Shown here: one piece after another, positions 10,776-20,429 of the stretch
Layout of the letters: the number at the start of each line of letters is the position of its first letter
How positions within the stretch are numbered: position 1 is the first letter of the stretch
NCBI RefSeq assembly: GCF_001194135.2
Contig: NC_068985.1
Coordinates: 54,984,511-55,017,283 of the forward strand
Origin: Octopus bimaculoides
Taxonomy: Eukaryota
DNA: 32,773 bases
Direction: 5' to 3'
Program-made: the position numbers and the translations under genes
Notes under the pieces: model-generated
Database searches by the model: none
What the model was told of the DNA's origin: nothing
Seen by the model: the letters and a program-made list of their open reading frames with translations, nothing else

Positions 10776-11789
10776 TAAAGCCTGTGGAAGAATAAAAGAA
10801 TATGTGATGGAGTTTGTCCATTTCTTTCTTTGACACATACACATTCTTATGTAAAGAGAGGAAAATAAAATACTAAGTAGGATAACAGAGAAAAGATGAA
10901 AAGCGATGACAAAATGAAGAACGTAACAAGACAATGAAAGAAAATACTGCAAGCGGCAAATACTACAATAGGTGGTGGTGGTGGCGGCGGTCGTGGCTGA
11001 AAGTTATTAAAAAGAAAAAAACAAACACGTAAAAAAAAAAGCTAGAATATTGGTGTTCTATGGATGCTTTTTGTTGTGATATTTTTTTTACAATAGTTGA
11101 ACATTTGTTATGTGCAAGAGACAGTGTTTGATTTATATATATATATATTTTTATTCATTTATTTATTTATTTTCCTGCGATTTAACAACATTTGGCAGCT
11201 TTTGAAATGTATAAACATATTAGCTTGATAACGCATGCGCACGTGCGTGTGTGTGAAGAGATTACAGCAGCTGCCAAAATGCGATTCCTGATGGTGGTGG
11301 ACATCAACTTTAATCCTAACATCAATACAACCCACCCACTTGTAACAATCCCACCCATCCGCCTCATCATCTTATCATTTTATAGTCACTCATTATGAAG
11401 GCAGCAAATGAGAACAGCCAGCATTAACTATCTAGTCACCACATGTCAATGGTTGTTCAGTTTTACAAGATGCAGGGATTTTGTTTTTGTTTATTTGTTG
11501 TTGTTTTGTTGGTTCTTTTTTTTTTTTTAAACAACGGCGACCGACACACCACACATCAATCAGTTGATTGAATGTGTATTGAACACACATCAAACATTTG
11601 ATTCAATGTATCAAAAATGCCTCCACTTTCAATGAACAAATACTGTGGACCGTTTCCTTGAAAGCAGGACCAACAAACATCAAACAGCTCGTTCAATGAA
11701 TACTCAATATCTATTAACAACATTACTGAATAGATAGTGAATACACAAACACACACACACACACACCAATGACTTCATTCAATCTGTAT

Positions 11790-12150
11790 CTGAACATCAA
11801 CATTATCATCATGATCATCAACATCAGCATTATAGACTTCATTCAATCTGTAGTCTTTGTCGTCATCATCATCATCATCATCCTATACTTCACACAACCT
11901 GTCGTCACCACCACTGGCATTGTCGTCATCACTTCATTCACCGAGTTACTACCACCACCACCATTATTATTATCATCACATACTTTTCAATCAGTCAGGT
12001 TACAATCATCATCACTCACCCAAAGTCATCATCATCATCACCACCACCACCAGCATCAGTATAATCATCATCATCATCACCATCACCAGCATCAGTATCA
12101 TCGTCATCATCACCATCGTCATCGCCATCACCATCACCATCATCATTGTC
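11790..12150. repeat. (CAT/CAC)n low-complexity region
   Basis: Degenerate trinucleotide repeats that generate the His-rich and Ile/Ser-rich ORFs. Confidence 0.85.
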
Positions 12151-12581
12151 CTAATACGGTGAACATTTAATTCAATATTAATTGAGATGTATTAACCCTG
12201 TTATGTAAATTAAGAACCAGTACACCTCAGTACACTTCAGTGAGACTGGCAGTAGAATAAGTTGCAGTAGTAGTATTAGAAGGCGTTGGTGGTGATGGTG
12301 GGGGGTGCAGCAGAGAAGAGGAAGAAGATTGAGATAAAAATGGAAATACACCAAACTGAAATGAACTGAGAACACGGCTAGTGATGTAAGTGTTAGCTTA
12401 AAGGAAAGAAAAGCAGAAAAGATGTGCAGTGGCATGGAGAAGCAATGGGAATCGGGAGATGGAGCAGGTAGAACTGGTTTAAAGCAGTTACTGTGAACTA
12501 AAGAAGCTAGAACATAGTTATTTAGTAAATAAAACTAAGTTTACAAACTTAACCAACTTGTTATATTTAAAAATGTCTGTA

Positions 12582-12665
12582 GGAGTAGGCATAGCTAGGT
12601 GGTTAAGAAGTTTGTTCCACAACTGTATGGTTTCAGGTTCATGGCACCACGGGTAAGTGTCTTTT
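12582..12665 (+). mobile_element. SINE family A head, truncated where an unrelated element begins
   Basis: ggagtaggcatagctaggtggttaagaagtttg...ggtttcaggttca...tggcaccacgggtaagtgtcttt. Confidence 0.7.
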
Positions 12666-12870
12666 AGGAAAGACTTCTGCCCACTCCCCCATTTTCTCCC
12701 AAATTTGTTTATTTTTGTAATTTTTTTTGCCAAAAACCCCCATTTTCGGATACAGAGGTTCAGGAAAATTGCCAAAAATCGGCATTGTGAATTACCCCAC
12801 TTTCTCCCCAACTTCTTCAATTTTGATTTTTTCCCTAACCCTAACCCTAAAATCCTAATAATAAACCCTT
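12666..12870. mobile_element. Unclassified element containing (CCCTAA)3 and internal direct repeats
   Basis: ccctaaccctaaccctaa at 12833-12850; repeated cccca(t)tttctccc(a/c)aa at about 12686-12702 and 12795-12811; ttgccaaaaa twice. The composition is distinct from the flanks. Confidence 0.45.
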
Positions 12871-13093
12871 TCAAGTGCTGTGTCAGTGTTGGCTACATTG
12901 GTCAGAGCTCTACATTTGAATTATAGAGAATTACATAGTCAATTCTGATAACAACCAAACCATAGAAATTATGTAAAAAAAAAAGGAACTAGTAAAATTA
13001 GTAAAATCGAAATAGTTGTCATTATTAAACTGGTGTTTGGAATATAAATTAACATGGAATTTTTGATGGAAGGGTCTAATTTAGATCCTATAA

Positions 13094-13294
13094 CCCTTTA
13101 GCATTTAAACTGGCCATGTCTGACCAAAATCTTCTAACTGATTTATGCTCAAACTGGTCAGATCAGACCTCTCATTCTGAAATTAAACAATCACATCATC
13201 AAAATATCAAAGCAAGAAGATAATACCTGATTAATTCAAAATAATGTGAATAAATAAACATTAAATTTAACAGAGTAATTTGTATGCTAAAGGG
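13094..13294. mobile_element. piggyBac-type MITE, about 200 bp
   Basis: Perfect 11-bp terminal inverted repeats CCCTTTAGCAT / ATGCTAAAGGG, flanked by ATAA (13090-13093) and TTAA (13295-13298). CCC...GGG termini with a TTAA target are characteristic of piggyBac. Confidence 0.8.
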
Positions 13295-15759
13295 TTAAAA
13301 AACCCTCAAAGTTTGTATCATAGAACCAGGGACTATTTCAAGTGGATTGGAATCTCAAGTGGCTAGAATGGTTCTTCCACAATGTAGTTACCTCTATCAA
13401 TGAAAGCAACAAATACTATAGAATACTATCTAGATTTAGATTTAACCATTTCCATGATTTCTGAATGTATTTTGAGAACAGGTAATTGTTCTTGGCATAG
13501 CAGATAAAATAGCTTCTTAAGGTATAAGAACTATAGCAACAGTTTCAATGATGGCTAGTATTTGACGTGTTTCTTATTTTTGAAGGAGGGATATTTTGAA
13601 TTATTAAGTATGAAGGACAGTTGAAAAGAGACCACCGCATTTTGAGGTTCTTCAGACTGGGCCAAAAGCTAAATGAACATTGTTCAGATTTCATCAGAAG
13701 TCCAGTTTTACAACAGCTTGTCCATAAAGGCAGGTCAGGCATTCTCTGTCTCTGACAGGTTTATGGACAAGCCTCTGGCAGTGGAAACACCTCTGGCATT
13801 CTTGGCCCCTGAACCATATTCCTGTTCACCACTATCAAGGTGGAGATGGCTATCTGCAAGTGTGAACCTCATGAGTCAGAGTGGCTATTCCAGCACATCT
13901 CCCTTGCCATCGTCTGGGGTAACACCTTTTCCATTTTGTCTGCTGGGACCATTAGGTGATCTGAATTACAGGAAATTGAGAGAATGCATACACATAATAT
14001 ATGAATATATATGTATTCAACCACTGTCCAATAAAGAAACCAGAACTGCCCAAAAAAGAAAATTTAAGTTTTTATAGGAGGTAGACTCAATCCATTACCA
14101 TGACAACAATGACAATGCTACCACAACTACTGTCAATACTTCTACCACCACCTTCTTTAAGAGTCCATTCTGTTGTAAGCATATGAACCTAGACATGGGA
14201 GTTTATTATGGTAGTTACAACAAGAAGGGCTAGATCACTGAGAGCAAGTTGTTGAGAAAGTGGCTTAACTCCAGACTAAATCTGATTGAGTAAACTTGTG
14301 AGAAAGGTCTTCCAACCATGACCACTTCACCAATTTTTGAATATCAGGAAATACATTGTCCAAAGTATCCTTCTTTATTTAACAGAATACAGTGTCATTT
14401 CAGGGAAACTGGGTTCCTACATCATGTAATCCCATTATCTCAGGAAGTTAAGAGTATTTGTAAAGTAGGGTACAGCAAGTATTGAACCACTGACCTACTG
14501 TTGGTAGACAAGTTGACCTTCTCTAATGACTTGACCATCTGTACTCATTTTTCAGAAAAACAGTTTATAAAACAGCTGTTTCAACAACAAAAGCAAATAT
14601 TTGAATTAGTAGATCCATTCTACCCACACTAACACATGATGGGGGGGGGGGGGTTGAACAACACAAACAGTGAATGTGAATAATAATAATAATAATAAAC
14701 ACAAAAGAAAATTTGAAGTTTCATCTGGTAAATAATGACTATAAGGATACAGATGGAAAGAAAGAGAGATAGAGAGAGAAGAGAAGGGGAAGTTGGTTTA
14801 TGAAGGCATAATGGAAGACAGAGAAGAGTGAATACCAAGAGTTATAGTGCTCACTGTAGAGGGGACAGGTTGTATAAAGAGAAGAATCTGTATTGCAGGC
14901 TATTTTATTCTATGACCTTGGTAGGGGGTGCTTCACAGAAACATGCTCTATTTGTTTAAGGCTCAGAGTCAACCCTGGAGTTAGAAAATTAAGTTTTCTT
15001 CTTCTTCTTCTTCTATGGAAAGAAGAAATGTGGACATTGGGAGTAGGGTAGGGATGGGGGGTATCTAAAGCTTTTGTATTTAGTTTAAAGAATGAAAACA
15101 TCATGAAAATAGTCTGCTCTCCTCCTACTCCTTCACCCCCCCCCCTNNNNNNNNNNNNNNNNNNNNNNNNNNNNNNNNNNNNNNNNNNNNNNNNNNNNNN
15201 NNNNNNNNNNNNNNNNNNNNNNNNNNNNNNNNNNNNNNNNNNNNNNNNNNNNNNNNNNNNNNNNNNNNNNNNNNNNNNNNNNNNNNNNNNNNNNNNNNNN
15301 NNNNNNNNNNNNNNNNNNNNNNNGGGGGGGGGGGCGATACAAGAGGAGAAATTGAGATAATATTGATTAAAAGAATGGCAGGGTAAGAGCTGTGTGTATG
15401 TGTGTGTGCACACGCATATGTGTAGTAATGTAAGACACTAATTGATAACATAAGCATCATAACTTGTTGCTATTGTGGAGGTGGTGGGAAAGTAAGAACA
15501 GCAGAGCCTGTGACATGGAAAACAAAATCAAAATCAAAAACAAAACGATATAAAACACTCTGCAATATCACCATAAAGTGTTGGCTGCCTATTTAAGTGG
15601 CACAGTTATTTTCTTCTCAGTTGTTTATATATCATCATCATCACCATCATTTACTGCCACTGTTAATTGAAGATTTCATGTTTGAATGATGCCAAACTAA
15701 CTTCAACAGAACTAACAAAGCATCAAGTAGAATAAAGAACTAGGCAAGACAAGTTCATT

Positions 15760-15960
15760 CTTTAGACCCAGGCCAAACCCGAACAAGGAGAGCTATGATC
15801 AAATATAATCCAGCTTTGGCCATCATGTCTTTCCCCTATACACAGTAAGGAGTTTATGACTACACTATCCAACAAGTGTTTTTCTAAGAGGGTTGAGTTT
15901 GATTTGAGGGAGATTTAGCTGTTATTTCTAGTAGGGTGAGCAGCCACAAAGAAGCTGTGT
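15760..15960 (+). mobile_element. Unclassified interspersed repeat (family E), strand relative to the second copy
   Basis: ttctttagacccagg...ctatgatcaaa...tgatttgagggagatttagctgttatttctagtagg aligns with the reverse complement of 16085-16272. Fragments also occur at about 4925-4985, 14280-14340 and 18830-19000. Confidence 0.7.
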
Positions 15961-16084
15961 CTTTAAGGGTTATCCCAATCCAGTTTCAATTCATAGGTGA
16001 AGCTATTTATCCTAATTAGGGAAAGGCATGACCATTCCAACATCCTATTCCATTCATACTTATATAATAAATCCTAGTGTAGGG

Positions 16085-16272
16085 GGAGCTTTTCATGGTC
16101 ACTTAAGCTGCTAGATATAGCACCTAAATCTACCTCAAATCACACCTAACAATTAAAAAACAAAAAAATAGACACATTGGATAATGTTGTCCTAATCAGA
16201 CTGGACCGTCACAATTGAAATGTCTTGGCTCATAGGTCTGCTTGATGAGAGCTGACTTGGGGCTAAAGAACA
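16085..16272 (-). mobile_element. Unclassified interspersed repeat (family E), inverted copy
   Basis: The reverse complement reads ttctttagccccaagtcag...gacctatgagccaag...tgatttgaggtagatttaggtgctatatctagcagc. Confidence 0.7.
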
Positions 16273-17370
16273 AGACACCACTGGCATGTAGTGACAAGAC
16301 ATGTTAAACTATTTTCGGCTGATAGCTATGAAGTTGTCAGAATTTGAGGAAACTTGTTAGTTTACTGATGTAAAATAGGAACCAAGCCCTACACAATTGG
16401 TATCTTTTACATCACTGATAACAAGTAACAGTAACTTTTAGATCAACAATTTTATAGACATATCATTTATGGGTAAATATCAGTAACTATGGCATGCATA
16501 CAAAAATTGCAATTTGACTCTTATCAAATTTCTTGGTGACTATACAAAACAATGAAACGAGCATTAATTTTCATAAGTAAAATATTTATTACCTTAAAAT
16601 AAATTAAATAAAACAGAATCTCATTTGTATATCTGAAATAAATATAAGTTATTCTAAATTTTATCACAATCTACTCCATCAAAAATCTCAATAAAATTTC
16701 ATTAAAAATTTATGCATTTTTCAGAAAACTATGCATTTACAAGAACCAAAATAGATGGTAAGGTACCAAACAGAAGTTATGTAACCAACCAACCACAAAC
16801 ATTTATATTGGCCAATTTATATATAGATTAATGAGATGAATAGATAATGTTTTTAGTGGGTGGTTGTTGTTTGGGTTAACATTTTAAACAAATTGCTCAA
16901 AATAAACATTCTCCTTCTGCAGCTATGTTTTCTGTTGAGCAACATATACTGTTTGACAGTTTGTTCATTTTGTTTAATGTTTATTTTTTTCCCCATGCCA
17001 GTATGGCTTATATAAGAGGTAATTTATGTAGGGTTTTTGAGCTAGATGCTCTTCCAGTCAGTAACCCTTGCCTGTTTTACAAATGAAAGGTTTTTTTTTT
17101 ATTCCAGAAAAATACGAAAGCAGAATGAACATGCGATTTGTTGACAAGAAATGTCAACAAACATCACCATTGCCACCCATCTTCAAAGATAGCTCAGTGC
17201 AATTTTGTAAATACACATACACGGCTGTGTATGTATATGTTTACAAAACCACACTGGGTTATGTTGCAACTACTTATGGTTTGAATGCATCTGTTGACAT
17301 GTTCTGTTAACAAATCACCTCTACTTTAGAATTCCTCAGTAATAGTATATATCACCCACCATTACACAAT

Positions 17371-17526
17371 GAGCTTCTTTCAGTTTCTGCTTATCAAATT
17401 CTTTCACAAGGCATTGCTATTGCCTTAGGCAACAGCAAAAGACTTTCACTCAAAGTGCAGTGCGGTGAGACTGAACACAAAGCCATGTGGTTGAGAAGTG
17501 GAGTTCTGAACCACACAGCTATGCAC
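17371..17526 (-). mobile_element. SINE family A head
   Basis: cttctttcagtttctgc...cacaaggc...gagactgaacacaaagccatgtggttgagaag...aaccacacagctatgc. Confidence 0.75.
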
Positions 17527-17561
17527 ACAGCGACGCCTGTGCTCATATACATATCTTTCCA

Positions 17562-17945
17562 TTATCTTTTACTTGTTTCAGTCATTAGACTGTGACCATG
17601 ATGGGACACCACTTTGAAGAATTTTAGTTGAACAAACTGACCCCAGTACTTATTCTATTGGTCCCTTTTGCCAAACCACAAAATTATGGGATGTAAACAC
17701 ACCAAAGCTACTTGTTAAGCGCTGGTAAGGAACAAACACAGACACAAAGGCACACACACACATACACTTGTGTGTGTATATATATATAAAATTGGCTTCT
17801 TTCAGTTTCCATCTACCAAATCTACTCACAAGGCTTTGGTTGGCCCAAAGCTATAGCTGAAGACATTTGTCCCAAGGTAACACACAGTGGAACTGAACCT
17901 AGAACAATGTGGTTAGGAAGCAAACTTCTTACCATACAGTCATCC
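17562..17945 (-). mobile_element. SINE family A, full length, with the gactgaaacaagtaaaa 3' end
   Basis: ttttacttgtttcagtcattagactg...ccccagtacttattctattggtc...cttctttcagtttccatctaccaaatctactcacaagg...gaactgaacctagaac...cttcttaccatacag. Confidence 0.85.
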
Positions 17946-18439
17946 ATCGTCATTTTTATGTCCAGTTCCTTGCTTGGATGTGATGGGTGAGTCCCTTTTC
18001 AATGTAGTCTCACTTTTCGTTGCATTTCTTTGATATCACTTGTGTGTGTGTGTGTGTGTGTGTCTTTAAAACTTAAGAATGTGATACCACCATTCAATGT
18101 TTCTTATGTATTCAAAATTTCAGTTCACTACTACCCTGTGTTTTCATGAACTTGCATATAGTAACAAAAGAGTTAATCATAGGTGGTGGTGCAGTGTCCT
18201 GGCTTTTATAAGATTTTTGACACTGGTCACAGTGAAAGAGAGGAAGAAATTGCAACTCATGATTTATCTTGGTTCCAGTGTTCACAAACAGATTAGATTC
18301 TATTAAAGGTAGCTCAGATCCAGGTAGTGGGGATGTTAAACGAAGAGAGGGACTAAGTCTACTGCCCCCCACCGCATGAGAGAATAGATGTAGTCCATGT
18401 TGAAGGGCTTCCAAATAGTTTTCACAAAACTAATTTTAT

Positions 18440-18575
18440 TTATGAATTTTGACTCAACCTGAAGCCATGCTACAAGACATTTGGCCAAGATGCTCCACAT
18501 GGTAGGAGCAAACCTAGTACTATGTAATTATGAACCAAGCATTTTAACCTCATAGTTATAGCTGTGATGCTATCT
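18440..18575 (-). mobile_element. Degenerate SINE family A head
   Basis: The minus strand reads ggttaaaatgcttgg...taggtttgctcctaccatgtggagcatcttggccaaatgtcttgtagcatggcttcaggttgag. Confidence 0.6.
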
Positions 18576-19160
18576 AGCCATCTTCATAAATTTCTCACCA
18601 CACAGACACACATACCTCACTACACCTTCCAAGTTCTGTCTCAGCTGGATATGAACTTGATGAATTCTAACCAGCCATAATAGAGGAACAAGATTTTTAT
18701 AACCCCCACCCTACACAACACAGTTGTACTAAATCTATCAGGTTAGTGTGAGACTTGCCAACGGAATCAGCTGTTCTGAACTCTGTGACTGTAGACCGCT
18801 GATAGTTTGGTAACTTAAACCGAACAGAGAACCTATATGTGTTCACTCAACCTGCTAGAAATAGCAAACAGCTGATTGTCCTCAAAACACAAACTGTGAT
18901 GAAAAAACAGAAGATGAATGTCAATATCCTCCACTATAGCTAGTCACAGTTGGAGGGTTTGTTCAATCAATGATGACCAGTGACTAGACAGTAGCCAAAG
19001 TTAATTTTGATGATATCCACTTTAAATGAAGTGATATATGTAAACAGGAAATGAGACACAGACTGCAGAAAATGGGGTAGAGAAGAATGTGGGTTTGGCT
19101 GCACACCTAAGGCCTCTATACACTATGAATTTTGACACATACACACACACACACACATAT

Positions 19161-19239
<79 letters not shown>

Positions 19240-19324
19240 TGCATCTCACTGTGTGACACATCGGGTGTCTTCTAACATAAGCCTTGTAAGTGATTAGGTA
19301 GATATAAAATAAAAGAAACCTAGT

Positions 19325-19757
19325 GTGAGTGGGTATGTATGGCTGTCAAGAAGTTCACTTTGTAACCACATAGTTTATGGTTAATGCTGTGTGGCACTGT
19401 ATGAAAGTACCTTCTACTAAGGCCTTGGGCTGAGAACAATGCTTTGTAAAGGGAGTTTGCTTACAAAATTTGTAAGAAGCCTATCATAGATATACGCGTG
19501 TATGCCTATGTGAGAGTTTGAGCTTTCCCATTGTCTTGACATTTAGTATAATGTCACCATCCATATAAACTGTGCCACTGTGTGAAATCTGCTGCAAAAA
19601 CATGCCTAGTCATTGAGCTGTTTTTTGTTTGACAGACTAAGGGAAATATTACCTTACGTGGAAAGAAGTGAGGGTTGATAAGAGGAAGAATATCTGAATG
19701 CAGAAAATCTGCCTCAACAAATTTTACCTGACATATGCAAAATAGACATTAAATGAT
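19325..19757 (+). mobile_element. Degenerate SINE family A with an RTE-type tail
   Basis: Head aagaagttcactttgtaaccacatag...tgtggcac...cttctactaaggccttgggc. Tail gggaaatattaccttacgtggaaagaagtgagggttg...gaaaatctgcctcaac...agacattaaatgat. Confidence 0.75.
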
Positions 19758-19907
19758 CTCATATATATAAGCAAAATAGCTAGTTGGAAAATCTCAAGAA
19801 GAAATCAGAGTAGTAACTGTACTAACAAGTAATGATGTGGCGATTAACTTTACCTTGTATGTATATATATATATATATATATATATCCACACACACACAC
19901 AAAGTCA

Positions 19908-20260
19908 TGATAAATTGGAGAGAAATGAAGCAAGCACCTTCTGCTGTATGCATAATGTAATGCTAGTGTTTGCATGAATGATGTGGCAATAAACTAGGTA
20001 TAAGAGGTATCAAATGTAATGTGCAAGAAAGACTGGTTTCACATGGAGGATAACTGATGGATAAAGAAGTGCCAGAATATCAAAGTTGAAAGTTGTGGAA
20101 GAGGAAGATCAAAGAAGACATGGGCAGTAATGGTAAAAGCCTGATCTTGGGATGTTGAACATCACAAAAGAGATGATTGAAGGCGTGCAACAAATAGTGA
20201 AATGGTGTGTTGGAAATGACCCATTCAAACGATGCAAGTATGAAAAATGGATTTAATGAT
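19908..20260 (+). mobile_element. Degraded RTE LINE 3' end, including the terminal tail
   Basis: Translates, with frameshifts, as KLERNEAS..., KLGIRGIKCNVQERL, EDN*WIKKCQNIKVESCGRGRSKKTWAVMVK, DLGMLNITKEM. It ends gatgcaagtatgaaaaatggatttaatgatg. Confidence 0.8.
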
Positions 20261-20261
20261 G

Positions 20262-20429
20262 CATGGACAGAGCTGTTAGAGCAATGGATAGAATGCTTTG
20301 CAGTATTTGTTCTGAGCTCAAGTCTTGTCAAAGACAACTTTGCCATTCATCCTTTAAGGCTTCAATAAAATAAAGTATCAGCCAAGTATTGGTGTCAATG
20401 TAACTGACTAAACCCCTTCCAACAAAATT
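20262..20429 (+). mobile_element. SINE family B, degenerate
   Basis: gttctgagctcaagtcttg...actttgccattcatcctttaagg...aataaaataaagtatcag is the reverse complement of the module in the 25146-26004 array. Confidence 0.65.

Noticed and set aside
10636-10842. 68-aa minus-strand ORF preceded by an acceptor-like sequence
   Set aside because: It is a degenerate SINE head read as protein.
11769-12170. 133-aa His-rich ORF
   Set aside because: Product of (CAT/CAC)n low-complexity DNA, with no domain or splice support.
13673-14077. 134-aa plus-strand ORF
   Set aside because: The S/P/L-rich composition looks like an antisense shadow, there is no ATG start (TTG/alternative start only in effect) or recognisable domain, and the splice signal is on the minus strand.
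16885-16945. miRNA-like hairpin ttgctcaaaataaacat / atgttttctgttgagcaa
   Set aside because: The stem is short and AT-rich with a bulge and mismatches, and I recognise no known mature miRNA.
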